From: Salinispira sp.
GTDB lineage: Bacteria; Spirochaetota; Spirochaetia; DSM-27196; Salinispiraceae
Length of the DNA stretch: 64,000 nt
Reading direction: 5' to 3'
Assembly: GCA_965602015.1 (NCBI GenBank)
Contig: OZ271918.1
Span: forward strand, 1,728,001 to 1,792,000
Made by a program: the position numbers and the translations under genes. Positions 29,078-38,214 of this stretch are shown one piece after another. The notes beneath the pieces are model-generated. The model ran no database searches and was not told the origin of the DNA. It worked only from the letters and a program-made list of their open reading frames with translations. Every line of letters begins with the position of its first letter. Within the stretch, counting starts at the first letter, position 1.

Positions 29078-30748
29078 TTATGAATCCGGCTTTTCCCGGC
29101 TGCCGCCGCCGAGAAGCTCCCTGGCGATGGCACGAAGTTCTCCGCGAAGGGCAATTTTTTCAGTTTCGGCCTGTCTATAGCGCCTAAAACTTTCAACGAG
29201 ATCATTTTTCTCGTCGATGAGCCTGGCGGTTTCCCGGCTGTCGGTCTGAGTTCGGATGCGACGGTTGAGACTGTGGATGCGATTGTACACATCTCCGAGG
29301 TTCTGTTTTGCCAGCACATCGTCAAGACGCCGCAGGGCATCATCGATTTCCCCAATCCGATCACGGGTCGCAAGAAGCTCGGGACTGTTCCATTGCTCTG
29401 AACTGAGGGCACCCATGAGCCGCAACTGCAGATCGACGGCTTCCCGGTGAGAATCCGGGAGGCCGGAAGCCATAGTCCCCTCTTGGGAGGAATGCACTGC
29501 TGAACTGGTATTGTGCGATGAGCTCATGAGCTGCCTGGCTTGAGCGAGCAGCTCGTCACTCATGGCGCTCATTCTCAAATCAGGAAGGAGAATTCCGTTT
29601 TTAAATTTTGTGCGCTTTGGGGACGGGTAGCGCACCAGATGAACCTCCGATTTCTTGTCTGCCTCGAGCCCGGAAATAAGCTCGGTGACCGCCTTTTCAT
29701 CCAGTCGGTCGGCTACAATTACCGGCAGCTGGAAGCCCCTGCTTTTTTCATCCTTACTGTACATACGCAGATCCCCGGTAAGAATATTTGCAGTGTAATG
29801 GGGATCACCTGAAAGGGCGGCAAGCCGTCGAAGGAAGGGAGTGATGATCTCCTCCCGTTCACTTAATTGCTTGAGCACCAAAATCTCACCCTCATCGGGA
29901 TGCTCAAACCTGTTAAAAACCGGGGGGGCTTTGCCGCAGGCGGGGCACAGGGGAAGGGTCGGTGAATACTCCTCGAGGCAATAAAAGCAGGGCAGTCCGG
30001 GGTCCGCCTGTACGCTGCTCTCGCGGATGAGCAGATCCAAAACCTCAGCAGCGCTTTGCGGCCGCTTCGCGTATGACCCGAAGAGGGCATTGAGAAGGTC
30101 GAGAAACCAGCGCGGCGCGGGAATTCCCGGTTCGCCGGATATCAGACTCTTCACCACCATGCCGAGAGAGAAAAGATCCGACCTGGGATCGCAGTTATCG
30201 CCGAAGAGCACTTCCGGCGCCAGGTATTCTGCCGCTGAGCTGATCATGGTGGTGGTACTCAAAGCCAATACGTCACGGATACGCCCCCGAGGACCGTCAG
30301 GTATGACCGCTGTGCCATCATCCCGTATAGCTATGGTTGACGGGTTGAGGTCCCGGAACACATAGCCCTGGGTATGAGCATAATCGAGAATTCCCGACAG
30401 CGAACGGGTAAACTCGAGGATTTCCGCAAAACTTTGAAAAGATGCCTCATGTAATCGACGCCATCTTCCGCTTTCAACAATTGCTGCCGGCGGCTGTTGG
30501 CACACCTCCACTACCCTCGGCAGTCCGGGATGAACCATTCGCATATAATCTCGATACTCATAGAGAAAGCTGTTGAGAATTACCGGGTCCTGTTCCAGAT
30601 GCCGGTGGAGAAGATGGATGTGGAAAACCTGTCCTTCCGGACTCTCTGCTTCCACGGTGGTAGTAAGGGAGTCTGAACCCAGTTCGGCTCCCAGTCGGTA
30701 CGTTGCCGCGAAGTCCGGTTTCCCCGATCGCAGATTAGATAAGTCCAC
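29078..30748 (-). CDS. Degenerate Ser/Thr kinase-like protein (pseudokinase) with Zn ribbon and coiled coil
   Basis: FRDLNPST, YLAPE, RSDLFSLG; no VAIK Lys or DFG; CFYC/CPAC; GTG start with AAGGAG. Confidence 0.75.
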   Translation of the reverse strand: MDLSNLRSGKPDFAATYRLGAELGSDSLTTTVEAESPEGQVFHIHLLHRHLEQDPVILNSFLYEYRDYMRMVHPGLPRVVEVCQQPPAAIVESGRWRRLHEASFQSFAEILEFTRSLSGILDYAHTQGYVFRDLNPSTIAIRDDGTAVIPDGPRGRIRDVLALSTTTMISSAAEYLAPEVLFGDNCDPRSDLFSLGMVVKSLISGEPGIPAPRWFLDLLNALFGSYAKRPQSAAEVLDLLIRESSVQADPGLPCFYCLEEYSPTLPLCPACGKAPPVFNRFEHPDEGEILVLKQLSEREEIITPFLRRLAALSGDPHYTANILTGDLRMYSKDEKSRGFQLPVIVADRLDEKAVTELISGLEADKKSEVHLVRYPSPKRTKFKNGILLPDLRMSAMSDELLAQARQLMSSSHNTSSAVHSSQEGTMASGLPDSHREAVDLQLRLMGALSSEQWNSPELLATRDRIGEIDDALRRLDDVLAKQNLGDVYNRIHSLNRRIRTQTDSRETARLIDEKNDLVESFRRYRQAETEKIALRGELRAIARELLGGGSREKPDS

Positions 30749-32588
30749 CGATTTTCTCCTTTTTTGGCAAGCCAAGGGCACGGCGGCCCTCGTGCTCTTT
30801 TTCCACATCCGCCTGTCCAAGCCGGTAGCGGTCGATCATTACACTGTATCGCAGCATCCGGTCCAGGTATCGCTGGAAGGTAGTCTCGCTGGCGCCGCGG
30901 ATCTCGGGGCTGACGCCGGACATCAACGACAGCTGCCGGTCGAGTTCCCGGGCTTGGGAAATTAACTCTAAAAAACCGTTGTAGAACTCAACGGCTTTTT
31001 TCTCCTGGCCCGGCATGGCGTCAAGCATAATCAGGGAAAGCGCAATGCGCTGAATTATGGACCGTGCCTGGGGCTGATGGAAATCCGCCGCCATCCGGGC
31101 GAGGGCTTCAGAGCTGATTCGTTGGTTTTTTCCGCCGGCTTTAGCCTCGCCGCGGGAAAAATCAGCCAAAATATAGCTAGGGGCGCCTACCAGCAAAACG
31201 CCGAGGATGGCCGGAATAAAAAACTGGGGGGCATTAAAAATTTGAGACCAAAACCCGCCTGAAAAGCCAAGCCCAACCAGGAGGATCCGGGGGTACAGAG
31301 CGGTGAATTTCTTAAAGATTGCGCGACGAGCGAACCGCTTTTCCTCCCGGTTACTCCGTCGAATCACCCGGCTAAGGATGCCCAGTTCCGAAAGGGAAGC
31401 TCCGAGCTCCCGGGCGTTCTCAGCCTCCAGGCCCTTAAACAGATAAAAAGGCAGGCGGGGAATCTGTTTTTCCAATCGCCGGGCATCGCTTCCAAGCCTC
31501 TTGAGGTAATCTACGAGCCGGTGGCGATGTTCGAGATCAAGCCGGTCACCGGCTTCGCCCGGGCCGACGATGAGGATGTCGGCGGTTCCCGCCGTGGTCT
31601 TTTTTGCTCCTGAATGTGACATCGCCGGGGCAATCCGGGCTTCCAGATAGCCGCAGCGCACGCACAGGGGAAAATCCCGATACATCAATGTACCGCATGA
31701 CGGGCAGTTTTCTGTCTCGGAATGCCCGGGAACCTGAGCCGCCCTGCCTTTTGCAAGCGCGTCGGCAAACTCTGCTGCGGTCTGAAACCGGTCGCCCGGC
31801 AGCTTGGCCATGGCCCGGTCTATCAGGCCCTGCAATTCCCCCGGCAGCCCGGACCGGAAATCTTGTAGTTGCGGTATGGGACTTACCAGATGTTTATGAA
31901 GGGTTTGCTGGGGGCTGCTTGAAAGAAAGGGTAGCCGTCCAGTGAGCATTTGAAAGAGCGAAACACCGAGTGAGTAGATATCCGCCCGGGGATCTGGCAG
32001 TCCTCCCCCCATGAGCTCAGGTGCGGCGTAATCCGGCGTACCTGCGCCTCCTGACAGGGGGGATGGGCTGGCTTCCGCGGGCACATTATCTCCCCGGTGT
32101 ACTGCGGTATCGGAAATGCTTCTCGCAAAACCAAAATCGCTGATCCGGAGGCTTCCGTCTGAGGAGAAGAGAATGTTATGCGGTTTGATGTCGCAATGAA
32201 TGATTCCCAGCCGGTGAGCCGCATCCAGACCCTCGGCTATCTGCCTGGCAATTGAGAGGGCATCGGAAACCGGCAAGGCACCGAGGTCGAGAATTCTGTC
32301 GCGAAGGTCGCCGCCGTCCAACAGTTCCATGGAAACGAAGAAATGTCCCGAATCCTCGTGCACCCCGAACACCCTGATTATTGCCGGGGAATCGATGCTT
32401 TCGGTCAGATCGATCTCGTTGCGAATCAGTTTTCTTGCATTTTCATCCCGGGAGAGGTGGGGATGAAGAACCTTGATTGCGACGGACCTCCGCTTTGCTT
32501 CATCATATGCCCGATAGACCGAGGATACCCCACCGGAACCGATGAGTTCCTGAACTAAAAAGCGGCCTGCCAGCACTGTCTGCTCCAT
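30735..32588 (-). CDS. Hanks-type Ser/Thr protein kinase with Zn ribbon and TM hairpin
   Basis: IGSGG, VAIK, HCDIKPHN, DFG, GTPDYAAPE; CPSC/CVRC. Confidence 0.92.
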   Translation of the reverse strand: MEQTVLAGRFLVQELIGSGGVSSVYRAYDEAKRRSVAIKVLHPHLSRDENARKLIRNEIDLTESIDSPAIIRVFGVHEDSGHFFVSMELLDGGDLRDRILDLGALPVSDALSIARQIAEGLDAAHRLGIIHCDIKPHNILFSSDGSLRISDFGFARSISDTAVHRGDNVPAEASPSPLSGGAGTPDYAAPELMGGGLPDPRADIYSLGVSLFQMLTGRLPFLSSSPQQTLHKHLVSPIPQLQDFRSGLPGELQGLIDRAMAKLPGDRFQTAAEFADALAKGRAAQVPGHSETENCPSCGTLMYRDFPLCVRCGYLEARIAPAMSHSGAKKTTAGTADILIVGPGEAGDRLDLEHRHRLVDYLKRLGSDARRLEKQIPRLPFYLFKGLEAENARELGASLSELGILSRVIRRSNREEKRFARRAIFKKFTALYPRILLVGLGFSGGFWSQIFNAPQFFIPAILGVLLVGAPSYILADFSRGEAKAGGKNQRISSEALARMAADFHQPQARSIIQRIALSLIMLDAMPGQEKKAVEFYNGFLELISQARELDRQLSLMSGVSPEIRGASETTFQRYLDRMLRYSVMIDRYRLGQADVEKEHEGRRALGLPKKEKIGGLI

Positions 32589-32700
32589 GTTACCTCCCGG
32601 GACTCTATACTGTACCCATTTTGCGGACGGATATTCATTCTGCCCTTTTCCGGGCCGACTGGCAATGTTAAGATTCCATTGGAGATATTCATGAGGGATT

Positions 32701-33411
32701 ATGGAAAAAATTGAACGTCACCGGCCGAGCTCCCGCGATGTGGATTTAGCGCTGCGCTACCGGCCGAATGAAATCATGAATTACCTGGCGGATCTCGCGG
32801 CCCGCCATGCGGAAGAAATCGGCTTCGGATATTACGATATGGATGCCCGGGGTATGTTCTGGGTAGTCCACCGCTTTTTGCTCGAAATCAAATCCCCACC
32901 CCTGCTGGGAAGGGAACTGGAATGCATCTCAAGACCGTGGTTTCGCAAAGGATTAAAGGCCGACCGCCAGTTCATTCTCACAGATGGCGGCGTTGAGCTG
33001 CTGCGGGCTCACAGTTTGTGGCTCCTGGTCAGCAAAGAGAGCCGAAGACCCCTGCCCCTGCATCGCCACTTTGAGATTGTAGGAGAGCCGTTATTTGAGG
33101 ACGACCTGAGCTACCGGGGTCCCGAGCTTATGCCTGGCGAAAGACAGGCCGGAAGAACCGTGGCATATTCAGATGTCGATATGCACGGCCACTGCAACAA
33201 CTCCCGTTATGTCAGCTGGTGTCTGGACTGCTTTGAAGCCGGCTTTTGGGAGCATAATTATCCCCGGACAATGGATGTGCTCTTTCAGCGTGAGAGTTTT
33301 GCCGGCGATGACATCGATATTTATATACAAAGCTCAGGCCGCCATTACCGATTCGACGGCATGAGGGAAAACGACACAATTTTCACCTACTACATGACGT
33401 TGTCAGATTAG
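32701..33411 (+). CDS. Acyl-ACP thioesterase family
   Basis: YSDVDMHGHCNNSRY. Confidence 0.85.
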   Translation: MEKIERHRPSSRDVDLALRYRPNEIMNYLADLAARHAEEIGFGYYDMDARGMFWVVHRFLLEIKSPPLLGRELECISRPWFRKGLKADRQFILTDGGVELLRAHSLWLLVSKESRRPLPLHRHFEIVGEPLFEDDLSYRGPELMPGERQAGRTVAYSDVDMHGHCNNSRYVSWCLDCFEAGFWEHNYPRTMDVLFQRESFAGDDIDIYIQSSGRHYRFDGMRENDTIFTYYMTLSD

Positions 33412-33437
33412 CAAGTTTTTGCTATGTTAATTGTGTA

Positions 33438-33863
33438 ATGATTTCAAATAAGGAAAGGTCAACAGAGCACTTACGGGAGCACGGAATCAGCCCCTCGTAT
33501 CCCCGCAAGCGCATTCTCGAGTATTTGGTGGAAAAGCACAACCACCCGACGGTCTCGCGGATATACCTCGACCTGGTGGATGAAATACCGAGTCTTTCGA
33601 AAACCACGGTATACAACACCCTCAAACTCTTCTGCGAACAGCGCATAGCGGAGGAGATTACTATCGAGGGCAATGAAAAGCGCTATGATTTATTTAATCC
33701 CCGCCAGCATGCCCACTTCAGATGCGATATCTGTGGGGAACTGTTCGACATAGAACTTGAAACGCCGGTAGCCAGCGCATCGAGCCTGCGGGGCTACAGC
33801 GTGAGGCAACAGAGCATACACTTCAGCGGTACCTGCCCCGCCTGCAGCTCACAAACCGAATAA
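33438..33863 (+). CDS. Fur-family regulator, PerR-like
   Basis: HPT, SKTTVYNTL, HAHFRCDIC, CPAC; next to dps. Confidence 0.88.
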   Translation: MISNKERSTEHLREHGISPSYPRKRILEYLVEKHNHPTVSRIYLDLVDEIPSLSKTTVYNTLKLFCEQRIAEEITIEGNEKRYDLFNPRQHAHFRCDICGELFDIELETPVASASSLRGYSVRQQSIHFSGTCPACSSQTE

Positions 33864-33955
33864 TTTCGGAATTGCCTTCTTAGTTTCCCGCTATTTGCCA
33901 CGCATAGTTTTTTCAGATTTTTCTTGACCCAGCTTGGGTGTTATTGTATTTTTTT

Positions 33956-33968
33956 TGTAATGATTACA
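33956..33968. promoter_or_regulatory. Per/Fur-like box upstream of dps
   Basis: Palindrome TGTAAT-G-ATTACA just after TTGACC-17-TATTTT. Confidence 0.7.
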
Positions 33969-34005
33969 TTTTTTAATCGAAATCAATAATTTAAAGGAGC
34001 AGCAC

Positions 34006-34479
34006 ATGAGCGCAGCGTACATGAACAATGATGAAGCCAAACTGGCTGGCGTAGCCAAGGAACTCAACAATTACCTCGCAAATCTGGGACTATTGGACAT
34101 TAAACTCCACAATCTTCACTGGAACGTCGAAGGCAAAGAGTTTTTTTCGGTACACGCCAAACTCGAAGAATTTTACGACTATATCGGCGATGATCTCGAC
34201 GATGTGGCAGAACGGGTTCTCACCCTTGGGTTCAGACCTTTGGCTAGCCTGAAAGATTTCCTGGCCAATGCCACCTTAAGCGAGCTTGAAAGCACGGCAA
34301 TCGCCCCGATGGAGTCGTTAAAAATAGTGACGGCAGATTTTACGGTCATGCTTGAGCAAACCAGGAAGGTATTATCGCTAGCCGAAGATGCGGGCGACCA
34401 GGGCACGGTGGATCTCATGGCAGGGTACGTCGGCCGGTATGAGAAGACGCTCTGGATGCTTCACTCCACGCTCAAGTGA
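34006..34479 (+). CDS. dps: Dps ferritin-like protein
   Basis: HNLHWNVEG..F..H...EE, D.VAERV, EKTLWML. Confidence 0.93.
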   Translation: MSAAYMNNDEAKLAGVAKELNNYLANLGLLDIKLHNLHWNVEGKEFFSVHAKLEEFYDYIGDDLDDVAERVLTLGFRPLASLKDFLANATLSELESTAIAPMESLKIVTADFTVMLEQTRKVLSLAEDAGDQGTVDLMAGYVGRYEKTLWMLHSTLK

Positions 34480-34503
34480 AGCAATAGCGTGCTACACAAT
34501 GCA

Positions 34504-35175
34504 TCAGGTCATCGCCGCCCGAATTGAAAGGAGCTGCATGACAAAGTGAACCGCCGCACCACCCAAAATAAACAGGTGAAAGATTTCATGGAAGGCGAAC
34601 AGCGCCCCCGATTTTCGGGGGCGTTTTATTGCATATATGACAGCCCCGATTGTATAAAGCACTCCGCCGCCGAGCATGGACCAAAAAATTTCCGGTGGCA
34701 TAATGCCGGACAGTGGTACTATTGCCCCAATGGCCACCCAACCCATTAAAACATAGATGAGCGGTGCAACCCAGCGCGGAGGCTTGGCGACAATGAGTTT
34801 ATACAGCACGCCGATGAGGGTCAGGCCCCACTGAAGCGCGAGAACAAGGACCCGCCAGGGGTCTTCATACCAAATGTACACTATGGGCGTATACGAACCG
34901 GCGATCATCACAAAAATCGCCATGTGATCCAGGATGCGACGGGTAGACTGTTCATTTTCCCGTTCTTTGTAATAGTGATAGCGGGCGCTTGAAAAAAACA
35001 TAAACATCGCCGATGCGCCGTACACACCGGATGCCGCGAGCAGATCCGGATGTCCCCACGCGCTAAGAACAAGCCAGATTGTCAATCCGATCCATATAAT
35101 AAACCCGGCAAAGTGAGTCAGGTAATTGACCCGCTCTCCCTCAAGCCGGGGGGTAATCGCTTCAGAAAAATTCAT
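34504..35175 (-). CDS. Hemolysin III / PAQR (TrhA-like) membrane protein
   Basis: LDHMAIFVMIAGSYTP, HEIFHLF. Confidence 0.9.
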   Translation of the reverse strand: MNFSEAITPRLEGERVNYLTHFAGFIIWIGLTIWLVLSAWGHPDLLAASGVYGASAMFMFFSSARYHYYKERENEQSTRRILDHMAIFVMIAGSYTPIVYIWYEDPWRVLVLALQWGLTLIGVLYKLIVAKPPRWVAPLIYVLMGWVAIGAIVPLSGIMPPEIFWSMLGGGVLYTIGAVIYAIKRPRKSGALFAFHEIFHLFILGGAAVHFVMQLLSIRAAMT

Positions 35176-35234
35176 GGGACAAGATTACAGGAGAATGCCA
35201 GGTTTTCCCAGTGGTACCCGAAGTCTTGAGGTAT

Positions 35235-36284
35235 TTATGACTTTTTTTTATAGAGCAGTTCATCTGCGCTGTGAATGACCTGCTTCACCGTTTTACCGCG
35301 ACTTCCCGCAATTCCATAGACTATAGAAAAACCCAACTGTTTGTACGGTTCGCAAAAGTCCCTGAACAGGGAATCGAGCTCCCTCATCCGGTTTTGAGCT
35401 CCCGGTTCCTCGGTTTCAGGAAAAACCATAATGAACTCATCTCCGCCGTAGCGGGCGCAGATATCATAGCTGCGGATATTACTATGTATCAGCGAAGCAA
35501 GGTCGCTGAGAATCTGGTCGCCGAAGTGACGGCCAAACTCTATATTGAGCTGTTTGAAGTTGTTTAGCCCGATAATCACCAGGCTGTAGTTCTTGCCAAT
35601 GCGCATGGCTCTGTCGTGTTCCCTATCCATATAATCAAGAAAGAAACGCTTATTGTACAAGCCGGTCAAATCATCGTGGATGCTGAGTTCATACACATCG
35701 CGGGTGAAGCGGGCATGCCGCTTTATCATATATATCGTTGAAGCAACCACCGCCCCGGATGCCACGGTAAAATTGAGACTCAAGTCCTGCATTCGGTACG
35801 CCTGATCACCATAGGCGGGAAACAACTCGGGAAACCATAATTCACTATGAAACAAAAACGGCATTTGAATGATCATGAGAGCGGGAAAAACGTATTCCCA
35901 GCTATTGCGGGCAGCAACAGTAGTGATAAACGCCGCAAGAAGAACCAGGTAGGGCATTGCCGAATCTGCTCCCGGAGACGTGAGATACCCGAAGGGCACC
36001 CACAAGACCGACAACACGATGAGAAAACTAAGCCGGGCAGCGGTGTACCACCCACCGCCCTTCTTTGCCATAAAATACCACAAAAGCGAAAGCAGCAGAA
36101 TTGCTGCACCGGTAATTATATTTACCGGAGGTCTGCGATTTATCAGATTTACCAACGCAAATAGCAGGCCGAGTGATGCCGTAGCCAGGCAGTAGACTTT
36201 AAACATGAGGTATCGAATGTCGTGGTCGTCATTTCCCGGCATCGGGGAAATCATTCCGCCTCCCGGATCCAGGGGATCCTTCAC
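35235..36284 (-). CDS. Membrane GGDEF-domain protein, partly degenerate
   Basis: DDLTGLYN, RSYD, GGDEF; several TM; start uncertain. Confidence 0.88.
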   Translation of the reverse strand: MKDPLDPGGGMISPMPGNDDHDIRYLMFKVYCLATASLGLLFALVNLINRRPPVNIITGAAILLLSLLWYFMAKKGGGWYTAARLSFLIVLSVLWVPFGYLTSPGADSAMPYLVLLAAFITTVAARNSWEYVFPALMIIQMPFLFHSELWFPELFPAYGDQAYRMQDLSLNFTVASGAVVASTIYMIKRHARFTRDVYELSIHDDLTGLYNKRFFLDYMDREHDRAMRIGKNYSLVIIGLNNFKQLNIEFGRHFGDQILSDLASLIHSNIRSYDICARYGGDEFIMVFPETEEPGAQNRMRELDSLFRDFCEPYKQLGFSIVYGIAGSRGKTVKQVIHSADELLYKKKS

Positions 36285-36344
36285 ATTATCGGCCCAATAT
36301 CCCTCGGCATCGGCTCAGTATCGTCTGGTTGGTTCATGAGCTCA

Positions 36345-36737
36345 TCACTCTACCAGGGCATAGCTCAGCACAGCCGTTGAGGTGTACACGATGAGGTTTT
36401 GCGGCGAAGCGTAATCGATGAACACCCTGAGGTCTTCTTCCCCCGGGAGAGCCAGCGGATACACCTCGGAATTTTCGCCGAACCGTCTGGCCTGGGAAGC
36501 CAGAAGCTCCCCCTCGATTTCCTCGGAGAGGAAAGAAAAGACCAGGCGATAGGAAATGCTCTCTGAGCCCCGTATAAAATTGGGAAACTCAATCCTGTCG
36601 GGAAAGGGCAGCTCAGGATCAAGCTCGAGACTTTGTCCTTCCACATAGACGAAATTAAGGATGTACAGCGCTTCATCGGCGAAGGATAGCTGAGCAACAA
36701 GAATGCAAAAGATGAGAACCGCGGCAATTTTTTTCAT
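36345..36737 (-). CDS. Secreted hypothetical protein
   Basis: Signal peptide MKKIAAVLIFCILVAQLSFA. Confidence 0.65.
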   Translation of the reverse strand: MKKIAAVLIFCILVAQLSFADEALYILNFVYVEGQSLELDPELPFPDRIEFPNFIRGSESISYRLVFSFLSEEIEGELLASQARRFGENSEVYPLALPGEEDLRVFIDYASPQNLIVYTSTAVLSYALVE

Positions 36738-36817
36738 GATGAATCCCCCATCAGGAACAAGTATAGCCGCAGAAGCCGGTGCTTTCCAGAGGGTATAGGC
36801 CGCTATCGCTCTATCAC

Positions 36818-37912
36818 TCAGCGAACCCGGACATAATCAAACGGGTAGCTCTGGCTTTCCGACTGATCGCCAAAAACAGCCTCAGACTCGTCTCCCACAT
36901 TTATCCTGGTGAAACCGCTTATGCTGTCGAAGGCGCTGCTGTCAGGCATCGCACTAAAATCATTGGTCAGAGCAAGATCGTAATCAGAGCCGTTTATCTC
37001 GCCTCTTCTCACAAGTTGGGAAAACCGCCAGCCATAACTTCCGTTGAAATCGTCCCAGTTGCTCGTTCGTCCGACGTAAAACTCACCGGACCCCCGATCA
37101 AAGGTCAGGGTCATAAACATAACCTCGTCGGGAGAAAATTCATCGGCGACAGCTCCGCTGAGGGCAGTATTTGGATCGTTGCTGGAATTGTCCTGGGCTA
37201 CCACGTATGTTTCCACTTCGAGGTCGCGGTTTATGGCCACATAGAGGGGCAGATAGGTCAGACCAACGACGGCGGTGCCGCCGGGGAATGCTGTGGGATC
37301 ATTGAGATGTTCCGTTGCGACAAAACCCAGCCTGCTTGCCTCACTACCGTCCCAATAGTAAACCGTTTTGTACGTGTCGACCAAAAGAGACAGCTCTATG
37401 CTCTCGAGCTCAAGAATATTAATGGATTCGGGAAGAAAAGTCGTTTCCACAGCCCGGCCTCCATCCCTGGGGAAATACACATAGTCGTACGCAAGGTAGT
37501 CGTAGTCCGTTGGCTCGGCCCAGTCGCTGCCGTCTGCAGAAACACGGGTCTCAATACCCGACTGACTGGTATAGACAAAATGACCTTGCGACTCGATGTA
37601 GGCATACGCCTTTACCGCCGAACCGCCTGCAGTAAAAATCTGTATAGTTGAGATATCCTGAGTGACCGCTTCTTCATCAAAAAACGTCACTTCAAGGTCC
37701 TGATTGAATGCATTGGAAAGGTCATCTGAAACCAAATCGATGGTCGAATTTACGCTGATTGAAGCCACATTGACAAAATCGTCAATGCCGCCGTTTCCCA
37801 ACTCTATGCCTTCAATGGTCAATCGGATTCCATCTATATTCATAAATACATAGTCTGCACTCAATGCGGCGCCGAGTATGCAAAGAACTGCAAAGATACT
37901 ACACCGTTTCAT
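36818..37912 (-). CDS. Secreted acidic hypothetical protein
   Basis: Signal peptide, GGAGG RBS, 364 aa. Confidence 0.7.
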   Translation of the reverse strand: MKRCSIFAVLCILGAALSADYVFMNIDGIRLTIEGIELGNGGIDDFVNVASISVNSTIDLVSDDLSNAFNQDLEVTFFDEEAVTQDISTIQIFTAGGSAVKAYAYIESQGHFVYTSQSGIETRVSADGSDWAEPTDYDYLAYDYVYFPRDGGRAVETTFLPESINILELESIELSLLVDTYKTVYYWDGSEASRLGFVATEHLNDPTAFPGGTAVVGLTYLPLYVAINRDLEVETYVVAQDNSSNDPNTALSGAVADEFSPDEVMFMTLTFDRGSGEFYVGRTSNWDDFNGSYGWRFSQLVRRGEINGSDYDLALTNDFSAMPDSSAFDSISGFTRINVGDESEAVFGDQSESQSYPFDYVRVR

Positions 37913-37921
37913 CTCGACCTC

Positions 37922-38056
37922 CTACAACACATCCACATTTACATTGATAATAAAGGGCTCAGTGTCCGGCGGCGTTTGGTCCAAGGGTTCGGGAACGCAG
38001 GAAATGACGAGCAAAAGGCAAAGGAAAATAAGCAATGACAGCAGTAATTTGATCAT
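37922..38056 (-). CDS. Small 44-aa lipoprotein (not in ORF track)
   Basis: GAGGAGG RBS; MIKLLLSLLIFLCLLLVISC-VPEPLDQTPPDTEPFIINVNVDVL. Confidence 0.65.
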   Translation of the reverse strand: MIKLLLSLLIFLCLLLVISCVPEPLDQTPPDTEPFIINVNVDVL

Positions 38057-38214
38057 GACTCCTCCTCGGTCTATGACATATGGTATGATTCGCTGGTAAA
38101 ACCATGAGGATAGGCTTTGGGAATATTAGGTAAAGCATAATACATGCGAGGATATGGCGGAGTACTTTCTCACTATTTTACTAAAGAAATTGCGTAGAAT
38201 CGGCATGTCATCAG

